Notes: generated by a model from the sequence alone, not told the origin. A DNA stretch of 64,000 nt from Yuukianura sp. NJ FZ-2021 (GCA_046563655.1 CM102290.1:5952001-6016000), one strand, 5' to 3'. Shown: positions 1 through 10,756, numbered from the stretch's first letter. Made by a program: numbers and translations.

Positions 1-96
1 AAATAAAACGTTTTTTCGCTTTCAAGTTGGCGACATTGTATTTTTGCACCGTGCACGAAGGCAGCATGGAAAGTTCGTAGCGGGCGATATTCTCAC

Positions 97-1320
97 CGTG
101 AGTAATCGCCTCTTCGCATCGTTTATGGTTTCTACCACCCTTTCCTCAAAAATTGCAGACGCAAACAGTTCTGTGATGAGCACATTTGCTTTTGTTTTCA
201 TATCGTTTGCTCGTCCCTTCCCAATGCTAAGTTTGAACGATGGCTTTCAAATCAGGGTAATTCGATTGCTTAAATTATTCTCCATAATAACATCTCTGGC
301 AACTTGGACCAACCACGGCACTTCCTGAAATATTTAAGAAAAAAGTCAATATGGTTGATAGGAAATCGTTCTATTTTTAGTTTCATGAAGAAATTTTCTT
401 TAGAAAATTCTCTAACCTAACCTAAGTTTTACGCACAGAAAACTTTCAAAATTTATAATTGCTTAACCCTGACATCCTCAACGAACGCTAACGAGACAAT
501 TATTTTAACGTTATCGCATGCTGCCACCCCCCTACCACTGGTTTGGGCAAAAACTTTAATTTGAGTACGAAGTTGGAACTAAACGCTGGTAGAAATAGAA
601 CAAATATTTAGCATTCGTGTTAAGGAAATTAATATTTCTACATAACCGAACACCTTTACGGCTTAAGTTTGCTTTTTGAATTTGTTTTTGACATTTGAAA
701 GAGCATTTGCTGACCTCCTCATGAACCTAATTTTAAATACGTACAATATTTTTGAGTCAAATTATTAAATTTATGAGAGCCTTTTAAAATGACTGTCCTA
801 TTGTCGCAACGAGTGGAGAGGCGCTTTGCTATTTTTCGCTCAACTTTCCTTTCACACGAAGTACTAAGCCTTATGTTTGGGTTAAAGGTTAAACTAACCT
901 AACCTAACCTATTTTGCTATTTTATCGAAATATTTCCACTATGTCTGTATCTCAACATGCCTCTGCTTTGTCATACTCTTAAAGAAACCTTACCTCACAT
1001 GCGTAAACGTAATCTGCTCCTGCTTTTGCTGCCATCATTGCTAATAGGCCACATCCCGTCCCAATATCCAGAACGACTGCTTTCTTGCCTGATTTGTGAA
1101 GCGATGCAATGCACTGTATGATTGCTTCATAGTATTTGGCATTCTGGGCATAAAGTTTTTTAATACTTTAATTTATTGTAAAGAATTAACGTAAAAGTGT
1201 AGGGGTGATTACTCTGTCATGGTCATGGAGCATGTCCCAATACGCGCTCTGTACGACACAAAATGGATCATTTTCTATGTCCAGTCCGCTCATCATTCTG
1301 CGCAGTATTTCGAAGTCCAT
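97..1320 (-). CDS. PRMT7: Protein arginine N-methyltransferase 7-like (5' exons 1320-1213, 1143-994, 324-97; probably continues beyond the window start; in-frame TGA at 249-247)
   Basis: Spliced translation gives SAYWDMLHDHDR|NAKYYEAI...VVLDIGTGCGLLAMMAAKAGADYVYACE|EVPW...KANVLITELFASAIFEE, matching the PRMT7 SAM-binding motif I, post-I and double-E loop. Introns are GT-AG. Confidence 0.8.
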
Positions 1321-1484
1321 TCTTTTCTCGGTTAGTACCGACGACTTTGAAAGACATAAAGTATCTCCCTCGCCGACTGACCCTAAACAAACAAGACCAC
1401 CGCTTGCTACTTAATATCGGTAAAGTTGTGAGCTTTGTGGGAAACTATTTGATCATCAATATTTTATATTTTGTGTGAAGCAAG

Positions 1485-1722
1485 CGCCTTTTCTGCCTAA
1501 TTAGCAGACATGAGAAAAATATTTACTAAAAACTGGCAAAATATTTAAATATTAAATATTTTTTGTCAAAAACTCCAAAATATTTACTTATTTAACATTA
1601 GGGGCATGGGAAATTAAATAAATATTTAGTAACAAAAAAGCCCAAAATATTTAAATTCTTAACATTATAAGCATGGTGACTAAATATTTTTTGTCATGTC
1701 TGCTAATTAGGCAGAAAAGGCA
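1485..1722. mobile_element. Short MITE-like inverted-repeat element
   Basis: gccttttctgcctaattagcagacatga at the left end is the reverse complement of tcatgtctgctaattaggcagaaaaggc at the right end. Similar AT-rich interiors occur near 56330-56485 and 63513-63620. Confidence 0.6.
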
Positions 1723-2073
1723 GGCAGAAAAAGTTTTGAACTACTGGTTTGAAGGTTTTGAAATTCCGGACGTTGATGCGATTTTATGGAATACATTCTT
1801 CTTATACCAATTATCGACATCTTTGTTCTGGTGTAACAGAAAAAATCACTTACCTAAGCTAAGTTGTTCTGTGAATAGAATAGGTTTTGAGTGTTGTTCA
1901 CTTACACAGTTGTATGTCTGAACTAAACTGGATTACTGCAACCGCAGTCGGAATCTCGGAATCAAACTAGACAAACGGATCTACCCCTAATTTCAGAAAA
2001 CCAAACTTCATTTGTTCCTATTCTTAATTAGTCAGCATTGCAGGCATGAGTCATGTTACTGCTCAACTCTGTG

Positions 2074-2506
2074 CACAGTGGGGTCAATTCATACAAACAA
2101 CGACAAACGTTTCGGGGGAAAGAAATTAAGTGTTGAAAAATACACAATTATGGAGGCAAAACAGTCGCTAAATTAATGACATAGCAACTGTAAACACTGC
2201 ACGGTATCAATTTTTATTCGTCGTGACCTAGGTGACCCCCCATAGGCCGAACTTTTCACCAACTTCAAAAATCAGTTAAAAATACTAAATTTGTAAAGTG
2301 GCGCCAAGTGGTGGTCGGACTTGGTACGTGATGCTATCTAGTTTTTATTGCGATATTTAGGTTATCTGTAGGTAACGGACATTTTTAGACGATTTGATTT
2401 TTGTGAATCCTGATTTTGGCATTCATTTTTAATGTAATTTCTAAAAATCAACTTAACGTTTCCCCTGACAACCGTGGCGCCTGTTTGAAGCAACGGCCCC
2501 ACTGTG
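2074..2506. mobile_element. Non-autonomous Transib-like element with RSS-heptamer ends
   Basis: Termini CACAGTGGGG...CCCCACTGTG; 5-bp TSD CTGTG at 2069-2073 and 2507-2511. Confidence 0.75.
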
Positions 2507-2717
2507 CTGTGTACTAACTTTATGACTGTGGATCACTTTATGGAAAGAGAGTTGCCTAAAATGAAGGAAGAGACCGGCAAACATTGGTCGGATTGTAAAG
2601 AAAAGGTCCGGTCGTTTTTTGAAGCAAACTTTAATCACAACGTTGATGTTGACATGACAACTCATTCGGTTGAGAGAATGCAATAGTGAACAATGTAACA
2701 ATATTGTTTCTTTCAGC

Positions 2718-2913
2718 CAGTGTTGGTGGATATCCACTTTTCTGGCATTTCATCCACGGCTGGATATCCAGTGGAAAAAATGGACGAAATGGATGAATTC
2801 AAAGGGGCTGAGGTTGGCCCGCGGGGTTTGAATTAATTAAATACAAAAAGCTTAAATAATTCAAAATAACCGTAAAAAGACGAAGGAAATATCGTTTTTG
2901 TACGAGTTTTAAA
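2718..2913. mobile_element. Left-end fragment of the hAT-like MITE family also seen at 2953-3813
   Basis: cagtgttggtggatatccacttt...catttcatccacggctggatatccagtgg is near-identical to the sequence starting at 2953. Another related left end lies near 63697. Confidence 0.6.
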
Positions 2914-2952
2914 TAAATAAACCGGTTGTAAACCGCCCATAATGATAATAGC

Positions 2953-3813
2953 CAGTGTTGCTGGATATCCACTTTTTGCACATTTCATCCACGGCTGGAT
3001 ATCCAGTGGAAGAAATGGACGAAGTGGATGAATCCAAAGGGGCGGAGCTTTGCTCGTGGGGCATGAATAATTAGAACATAAAGAGCAGAAACAAAACAAA
3101 AACGCTACAAAACAACTTCAAATATTGCTAAAGTTAGTTCTAATAGTCCGGCCTGGATAGCTCAGTGACTATATTCTTTATTGGTCGTTTGAGTTAAGCA
3201 ATTGCGCTAGGGCGAGGAGCTTGGATGAGTGACCACCATGGCCTTGTCTTTCCTTGAGCTAGGTTTTTCAGCCTAGCACCGGCATATGCGAGTGTCTCCT
3301 AGTGTGTTTTTCCCTGTGGTACTCAGAGACCAAAAGGTTTTCCACTAGGCGTAGTGCGAATGCAGGACACTCGCCCCTGTCCATCGTCCAGTTAGTAGAA
3401 GCAGAGTAAAGACTCAACGAAACCTGGACGGCTCCAGTTAGTAGAAGCAGCGTAAAAACTCAACGAACACTGGAGGGACAGGGCAGGAAGGGGGACTTCC
3501 CGGTAACGGGAGCCGGCAATAGCCTTCGGGCCTGCAGGGCGGGTAACCTCGAAAGAGGTTGGACAAGATTAAATAAAAAAAAAATAAAAAAAAATAAATA
3601 GTTCTAATAACAAAATCAATCAAGCAAAAGCGATTTATATAGTCAATTAAAGTATTTAGTAATATTTAATTTAAATTTATTTAAATTCGCGCTGAATTTT
3701 TAAACTCAGCTTATTTCTTCAATCCACCGTCCAATAGGACCCCATTTCTTCCACTGGATATCCAGTGGATGTGGCAATTAAGCCACTGTACGTTTAAGCA
3801 TCCAGCAACACTG
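2953..3813. mobile_element. hAT-like MITE
   Basis: 14-bp TIR cagtgttgctggat/atccagcaacactg; 8-bp TSD ATAATAGC at 2945-2952 and 3814-3821. Confidence 0.8.
3146..3598 (+). mobile_element. SINE with a composite tRNA-like/5S rRNA-like head, structured body and A-rich tail
   Basis: tRNA A-box-like TAGCTCTAGTG; 5S A-box-like GAGTTAAGCA and C-box-like CTTGGATGAGTGACC; A-rich tail; 11-bp TSD TAGTTCTAATA at 3135-3145 and 3599-3609. Confidence 0.75.
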
Positions 3814-4659
3814 ATAATAGCGAAGCAATAGGGTAGTTTTCTAAAACAAACTGAACCCCCCCCCCGAAGGAGTGGGTGTTTGTTCCCCCACTTTCTCGCC
3901 TTCCCCGGGGAGTGGGGGTGTTGGAACAGGCATGTAATATTTTATTATAATTAATATTCAAATTTTAATTAAGTCAAACTCATCATGCACAGGGGAACAT
4001 TTAACTTAGAAGCCTAGATTGTGTTCTGCCCCAAGTTCATGGTCATTGTCAAACATACATTTTTAGCTTACGGTTCATTTTCTTACATTTGAATTCAGTT
4101 CTTCTTTTGCCGTCTCTCAGAACGGTCACCTTGCATTTCATAACCATTAAATAAACTAGTAAAGCATTCTTCTGGTTTGTCTGTGCTTCTCCTCATTCAC
4201 TAAGGTCAAGGGTCAACTAACATCAGTGATCAACTGCCAATTCAGTCTGATCAGTTTGCTCTCCCAAGCTCAGTCACAGGGGGTGTGTTCCCCCACTTTC
4301 CCGCCCCACCGCCCGGGGGAGTGGGAGTGTGTTCTCCCGACTTTCCCACCGCACCCTCCGAGGGAGTGGGGGTGTTCCCCCCACTTTCAAGCCCAATCCC
4401 TCCGGGGAAGTGGGGGTGTGTTCCCCCACTTTCCCGTCCCACCCCCCGGGGGAGTGGGGGTGTGTTCTCCCGACTTTCACGCCCCACCCTCCGAGGGAGT
4501 GGGGGTGTTCCCCCCACTTTCAAGCCCAATACCCCCGGGGAAGTGGGGGTGTGTTCCCCCACTTTTCCGCCCCAGTAGGTTCTGAGATAATTAATCCGGA
4601 CAGACAGACAGACGGACGGACAGACAAACCACTTTTATAATAATCGCTTCGCTATTATA

Positions 4660-5228
4660 ATAAATCGGTTGTAAACCGCACATACTGATGATAGCTCAGA
4701 AATAAGGGGTTGCCTCCCAGGGGGGTGGGGGTGTCCCGCCACTTTTCCGCCCCCCCCGGGGGGAGTGGGGGTGTTCCCTTCACTTTTTTGCTCCGCACCC
4801 CAGGAAGCGCGGGGGTGTGTTTCGCCACTTTCCCGCCCGTCCGGGGGGAGTGGGGATGTTCCCCTCCACTTTTTCGCTCCGCACCCCAGGGAGCGCGGGG
4901 TGGGTACCCCGGGGGAAAGGTGGTGGTTCCCCGGGGGGAGAGGGGGTGGGTGCCCCCATTTTCCGCCGTGACGTGTGACGCGTGACAGGTGACAAGTGAC
5001 GTGTGACAGGTGAAAAGTGACAGGTGACAAGTGAGATGTGACAGATGAAGTGTGACAGGTGACAAGTGAGATGGGACAGATGAAGTGTGACAGGTGACAA
5101 GTGAGATGTGACAGATAAAGTGTGACAGGTGACAAGTGAGATGTGACAGATGAAGTGTGACAGGTGACAAGTGAGATGTGACAGATGAAGTGTGACATGT
5201 GACAGTTGAGTCAACTGCGTAATAGACT
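4660..5228 (-). mobile_element. HINE family 1 copy, 5' half missing, joined in tandem to the previous copy
   Basis: Starts at the ctattat|aataaatcggttgtaaaccgc junction; G/C-rich block and 35-bp GTGACAG-based minisatellite at 5020-5200. Confidence 0.65.
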
Positions 5229-6205
5229 ATTATAATAGTGAAGCTATTATGATAAAAGTGGTTTGTCTGTCCGTCCGTCCGTCCGTCCGTCTGTCTGTCC
5301 GGATTAATTATCTCAGAAACTACTGATCCGATTTGATTCCGGTTTTCACCAGTGATGATGTCATGACCCGGGCTTGGTCACTATTTAATATGACCCCGGG
5401 TGTCAACTCCATCCGGGTCAAAGGTCAAGGTCAACCGGTTTCATCCCCGGTAACATGGAAAATGACCTCTACAAAAGTTGTTCGTCTCATCGAGGGGAAC
5501 AACTTTTGTGTACATCAAGTAACCCTAGGTCAACTCCTTCCGGGTCAAAATCGATTTTAAGGTCATTCGTAATGCAAGTGTGGGTAAAAAAAACTGCTTG
5601 TGAGACTGGAAATGCAATTGGCATGGAAGTTGGTTCTCTGCTTAGCAAAAAATCTATTACGCAGTTGACATATACACTCTACACACTCGTGCACTGCGTC
5701 CACCGGGTATCACCTGTCACTTGCCGAGTGTCACCTGTCACCTGTCACTTGCCGGGTGTCACCTGGCACCTGTTAATTGCCGGGTGTCACCTGTTACATA
5801 CCGGGTGTCACCTGTCACTTGCCGGGTGTCACCTGTCACGTGCCGCGTCACCTGTCATCCTCAAGTGTCACTTACCGGGTGTCACCTGTCACGTCTCACC
5901 TATCACCTGTCACTCCTCAGCTGTCACGGCTCACCTGTCAAAACCCCCTGGGGGGCGGGAAAGTGGGGAGAACACACCCCCACTACCCCGGGGGGTGGGG
6001 GCGGGAGCGTGGAGGGGAACACACCCCACGCCTCCTGGGGTGCGGAGCAAAAAAGCGGGAAAACACACCCCCACTCCCCCGGCGGGGCGGGAAAGTTGGG
6101 GGAACACACCCCCGCTCACCCGTGGAGGGGGGGGCTTCAGTGTGATTTACAAAACTTTTCTATTCTTCGCTATTATCATTATGGGCGGTTTACAACCGGT
6201 TTATT
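5229..6205 (+). mobile_element. Full-length HINE family 1 copy (non-autonomous Helentron)
   Basis: 5' subTIR hairpin ataatagtgaagctattat, then GTCC/GTCT microsatellite, conserved core, GTCACCT minisatellite, 3' subTIR cttcgctattat, terminal hairpin gcggtttacaaccgg and T-rich end. Confidence 0.8.
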
Positions 6206-7158
6206 TAAGATCCAATTGTGCAGAATGTTTATTTTCATATTCTGCAGAAGCTGATATTGTCTAGTTCAGAGCTTTGTATATGTTGCCAATTCCATTTGCT
6301 TCAAACTTCAAAATCGGTTTCAACTTGTTAGTAACTATATATGTTAATAATTTAAATGAAAACTATTTGCAGCAATTTGAGTTTTTAGAGATTTCTACAA
6401 GTTATAACTTTACGTACTTCCGGTTAGGTTCGGCAGCCTACATTAGAAAAAAGAATTCTGTTAGGTACACTAACCTAGGATAGTTAGCCTAAATTAAAAA
6501 TTTAAGTCTGCAGCCAACATAGTATCATAAATACAAAAAAAACTAACGTGAAATCGAGCTTTCGCAGTCTTCAAACAAAATCGTAACGGAACTCGCCGCC
6601 ATCTCTGTTTTAGTCTTCTGGAGATGCATGTCTTGGACATGCTGAAGAAGACTGTTGATACGACTTTGTCCGTCTGTCCGTCCGTCACACTTTTTAGGAC
6701 CCTTTCCACTGAAACAAGCCCCATCGACGTCGGGGGGTTATGTATGGCTTAAGAGTTTTTAGTAGTTCTACATTGCACTTAAATATTAAATTAACAACGT
6801 AGAAGTCGGCGGCTTAACGAAAACGCTTTGACTTAGTTTCCACTCAAAGTATTTATAAACAACGGGGTTTTGATCTGGTCATTTTCTGACAGTTAGTCGA
6901 ATTACGTTGTTAAGTTAAGCCTAGTTGGAAGGTAGAAATTCCGGCTTAAATTCTTAATACGTAAACAGTATTTCGCAGGGTTCAAAGCCTTTGCAAGAAA
7001 TTTTTATAATTATGATTTTGAACAAGGGATATTCGACTCCACAACTTATGCACTTACTTTAACACATGGTGCATGTGTTTGAAACGATTTTGATTTAAAA
7101 ATGCTATATTCGACGCCTGCCCCTCAACGTCCAATTTTGTGCACACTTATAAGTAGAT

Positions 7159-9699
7159 ATATAACAACATCTCTCCGCCATCTTCATTCAACTTAACATC
7201 TAATTACAACCTGACGCGTCAAGAACAAAAATCAACACAGTGGAACTGTTCTAAACTGGTGCAATCTAAACTCGCCGACGGTGACATCCGTGGATCCATC
7301 CGAGTTCTATGTTCTGACGACTGTTCTGCCCCGGATGACTCCTCTACTATTGATGCTCTCAACCAACTACACCCGACTCACCCAATGCCTATCAACTTCC
7401 CGAACCCACCACCTCAAAAAGACAACATCATCGAAGACTGTGACATCCTAAAATCCATTTCTTCATTTCCAAACGGTTCCTCGGGTGGCCTTGACTCCCT
7501 TCGTCCGCAAATTCTAAAGGAGCTAACATCAAAATCTTCTGGCGATGCAGGTTTAACACTTCTCTCTTCCATCTCTAAGCTGTGCAACCTCATTACCAAT
7601 GGATCTCTGCCTGACGACATCCGACCAATCTTCTTTGGCGCTTCTCTAATTGCGATACAAAAGAAAAAGGGTGGAATCCGGCCAATCGCCATCGGCCTGA
7701 CGTGGAGACGCCTTGCATCGAAACTGATCCTGTCTCGTTCGATGAACATTATCACGTCCGTCTTGAGCCCAATTCATGTAGGGATCGGCGTCAAGAACGG
7801 AGCCGAAGCCGTCGCCCATGCTGCCCGGATATACTGCAACGCCAATCACTCATCGCCGAAAGTTCTCGTGAAATTAGATTTTAGTAATGCGTTCAATCTC
7901 CTCCGAAGAGACGAGATGCTGAACACCGTGAAATACCATCTCCCGGATTTCTTCAATTTTGTGTCTCAAGCTTATTCCATCGAAACTGACTTATTCTACA
8001 ATGAGAACTGCATCAAATCAAAGTTAGGCATCCAGCAGGGGGATCCCCTAGGACCTGCACTTTTCGCCTTAACCATTCGTCCACTGGCCTCATCTTTAAC
8101 CACCGAATTCAATTGTTGGTACTTGGATGACGCCAATCTCGCTGACTCTCCAGATGTAATTCTTGAGAATCTCAAAACGATCCAATCAAATGCCCCATCA
8201 TTTGGACTACACCTCAACATGAAGAAGTGTGAAATAGTTATTCTATCTGCTGACAACGATGAAAGAAAGTTGATTTCCAGCGCCTTCAAAGCACTTTCTC
8301 CTGAACTTGTCCTTCCTGAGAAAGACCAAGCGGAACTCTTTCAAAGATTCTTCAAGACGCATTCTCAAGTTGAAGACTTCAAAACACTCTCTTCAAAACT
8401 ATCCTCCCTGCCTGCCCATGTAGCATTTTTCTTACTGTGGGCCTCATTATCAACTCCAAGAATGTTATACTTCCTTAGATGTTCTCCATCATTTCTGGAA
8501 ACGGACCTTCTTTTAGAGTATGATTCAGCTCTACGCACCGTACTGGAATCCATCCTCAACTCAAGTTTGACTGAAGAGGCATGGTGTCAATTTTCACTGC
8601 CGGTGAATCAAGGAGGCTTAGGTGTTCGTCATGCTTCGAACTGTGCTACTCTCTCGTTTTTGGCTTCAGTTCATAGTTGTGCCGAGCTCATCTCTGCCTT
8701 TCTTCCGAGTCATCTATCGCCATTTGACACCTCAGTGGACATCGCTTCTCTCAATTGGTCCGAACTGGGTTTTGAGACACCTCAATACGGGAAAGTCCAA
8801 AAGCAATGGGAACAGCAGATTTTCAAACAAATTTACTCCTCTCTACTCGAAAACTCGTCTACTCAAACCGACAAAGCCCGTTTGCTCGCTGGTTACGCCC
8901 CTCACTCTGGTGACTGGTTGAATGGTATTCCATCTTCTCCTCTGGGCACTCTCCTAACCGATGAACAATTCCGAATCGCCTGTTCAGTTCGGTTGGGAAC
9001 AGAAATCTGCCAACCCCATCGTTGCCACTGTGGAACTTCAGTTCTGAGTGATGGACTACATGGCCTAAGTTGTACTAGAAGCGCCGGAAGACAATCAACA
9101 CATGGTTCTGTAAACGACATCATCGCAAGATCACTTCGGACAGCAGGGATACCTTGCATGAAAGAACCTTCTGGCTGTTCCAGAACTGATGGAAAACGAC
9201 CTGATGGAATTACTCTCATTCCTTGGAAATCCGGTCGCTCCCTTGCCTGGGACTTTAACTGCCGTGACACCTTAGCTGCGTCCTACCTAGCAACATCATC
9301 TTCCGTTCTTGGTCATCCTGCTGCCATTGCCGAAATCCATAAGCATGACCTCTACCGTGACCTTGACCATCGATTTATTGTTTCCATCATTGCAGTCGAG
9401 ACAACTGGAGTCTTCGGGGAAGAAGGCCGACGTCTACTCAATTCCATTGGACATCGCCTCTCAGAAGCCACCGGTGACAATCGAGCAACATCCTTCCTCT
9501 TTCAACGAATTAGCCTTGCCATCCAAAGAGGAAATGCCACTTCTATATTATGAACCCTACCGTCAGGAAAAGAACTCTACGAAATCTACATGATTTAAAC
9601 ATTTTTTCAATACTTCTTTAAATATCTCAACCTGCCTCTGGCAGGTGTAAGTTTTTTCAGTTCTGTTGTGTTAAATAAAGAAATTTTATGTTGTTTAAG
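7159..9699 (+). mobile_element. 5'-truncated CRE-clade non-LTR retrotransposon
   Basis: 14-bp TSD ACTTATAAGTAGAT at 7145-7158 and 9700-9713; an empty copy of the same site is visible near 10279; AATAAA near 9674 but no poly(A) tail. Confidence 0.85.
7160..9553 (+). CDS. Reverse transcriptase with C-terminal zinc-knuckle-like motif and restriction-like endonuclease (CRE/CZAR-type ORF, N-terminus missing)
   Basis: GIRPIAIG, LDFSNAFN, QQGDPLGP, YLDD; C-x-C...HGLSC; RPDG...WD...ETTG endonuclease. The frame is open back to the 5' junction. Confidence 0.9.
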   Translation, partial: YNNISPPSSFNLTSNYNLTRQEQKSTQWNCSKLVQSKLADGDIRGSIRVLCSDDCSAPDDSSTIDALNQLHPTHPMPINFPNPPPQKDNIIEDCDILKSISSFPNGSSGGLDSLRPQILKELTSKSSGDAGLTLLSSISKLCNLITNGSLPDDIRPIFFGASLIAIQKKKGGIRPIAIGLTWRRLASKLILSRSMNIITSVLSPIHVGIGVKNGAEAVAHAARIYCNANHSSPKVLVKLDFSNAFNLLRRDEMLNTVKYHLPDFFNFVSQAYSIETDLFYNENCIKSKLGIQQGDPLGPALFALTIRPLASSLTTEFNCWYLDDANLADSPDVILENLKTIQSNAPSFGLHLNMKKCEIVILSADNDERKLISSAFKALSPELVLPEKDQAELFQRFFKTHSQVEDFKTLSSKLSSLPAHVAFFLLWASLSTPRMLYFLRCSPSFLETDLLLEYDSALRTVLESILNSSLTEEAWCQFSLPVNQGGLGVRHASNCATLSFLASVHSCAELISAFLPSHLSPFDTSVDIASLNWSELGFETPQYGKVQKQWEQQIFKQIYSSLLENSSTQTDKARLLAGYAPHSGDWLNGIPSSPLGTLLTDEQFRIACSVRLGTEICQPHRCHCGTSVLSDGLHGLSCTRSAGRQSTHGSVNDIIARSLRTAGIPCMKEPSGCSRTDGKRPDGITLIPWKSGRSLAWDFNCRDTLAASYLATSSSVLGHPAAIAEIHKHDLYRDLDHRFIVSIIAVETTGVFGEEGRRLLNSIGHRLSEATGDNRATSFLFQRISLAIQRGNATSIL

Positions 9700-10319
9700 A
9701 CTTATAAGTAGATGCACATAAATGCCGAATTGCGCAGTTTTAGTCGCTGGGTAACGGACGTTGTTATTTCAAAATTTGTGCATACTGCACTACATCTTTT
9801 AGAATGGTGATTACATCCGTATACTTGTGCATTTACATAAACAGATTTAAGGGCATTCTAATCTTGTGCATCAAAATAATTTTCAAGAGAATGAAAACTT
9901 TTCAGAACTCAAGTTGCACAACAATTTTGTGCAAACGGTTTTTTCACATTTTGGTGTAATTGTTCACAAGAAGGTCGCACATCTGCACTGAAAATTATGA
10001 GCGACGTTTCGTTGCATAAATCTCGTGAAAACGGTTTCTTAACGTTTTTCTTCAACGGGTTTGCAGACAGCCGGTCAAAAGCCGTATCAATTGCCAATTC
10101 CCTCCAGAAGACCAATGCTCAACCCGATTTGAAGATAAGCCCGATTTGATTTTAAATAGCGATATTCGACCCTATAACTTATGCATTTAATAAATAACAC
10201 AATGTGCATTTATTTGAACCGATTTTGATTCAGAAAAGCTGTATTCGACCCTTGGCCCTCAACGTTCAATTTTGTGCACACTTATAAGTAGATGCACATA
10301 AATGTCGAATTGCGCAATT

Positions 10320-10535
10320 GAATGCCTTCGCGGAACAAGGGGCAAACTGGAAATCCTTGTTTTGACGTTTTTTCCCCAATTTTCAAACAAACAAAATCAG
10401 GCGAAAAAACGGTTTTTCAGACCGATTTAGCGGTTTTTTTTGTCCGATTTCAGCGGAAAAACCAAAACACAACTCGTTACCCATAGAAACTCAAATTGCA
10501 ATTTGCAGTTTGCCCCTTGTTCCGCGAAGGCATTC
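10320..10535. mobile_element. MITE with ~30-bp TIRs and apparent 4-bp AATT TSD (Sola1-like, tentative)
   Basis: gaatgccttcgcggaacaaggggcaaactg / cagtttgccccttgttccgcgaaggcattc, flanked by aatt on both sides. Confidence 0.65.
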
Positions 10536-10756
10536 AATTATTCTGACGCTGTGCAATGGACGTTGCTATTTTAAAATTTGTGCATACTGGAGAACAACTG
10601 CACATACATCGGAATAATTGTGCATTTACATGAACAGATTTAACGGCATTCTAATTTTGTGCATACTTGAGAACAATTTGATGTAAAAATGTTGTGCTTC
10701 AAAGGATTTGAACAGAGTGAAAACTGAGCTTTTGAACCACATTTTTATGCAAACGG

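Larger units (their letters stand above)
2914..4659 (-). mobile_element. HINE/DINE-1-like non-autonomous Helentron (family 1), interrupted by a hAT-like MITE
   Basis: 3' palindrome (aaaccggttgtaaaccgc) near 2918-2936; 3' subTIR ataatagcgaag split by the insertion; GACA/GACG microsatellite and 5' end (cttcgctattataat) near 4600-4660. Confidence 0.7.
6608..10125 (+). mobile_element. HINE/DINE-1-like element family 2, interrupted by the CRE-like retrotransposon
   Basis: 5' ttttagtcttctggag, GTCC microsatellite near 6667, 3' subTIR ctccagaagac near 10102 followed by a truncated hairpin atgctcaaccc. Confidence 0.6.

Noticed and set aside
247..249. Selenocysteine codon in PRMT7
   Set aside because: The aligned position is not a conserved Cys and the 3' UTR is outside the window, so no SECIS can be assessed.
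3146..3240. Functional tRNA or 5S rRNA gene
   Set aside because: Only promoter-box remnants are present; the TSD and A-rich tail indicate a SINE.
4226..6264. ORFs in the HINE copies
   Set aside because: Same repeat-derived reading frames as in the large array.
7414..9270. Antisense ORFs within the retrotransposon
   Set aside because: Shadows of the RT reading frame with no independent motifs.
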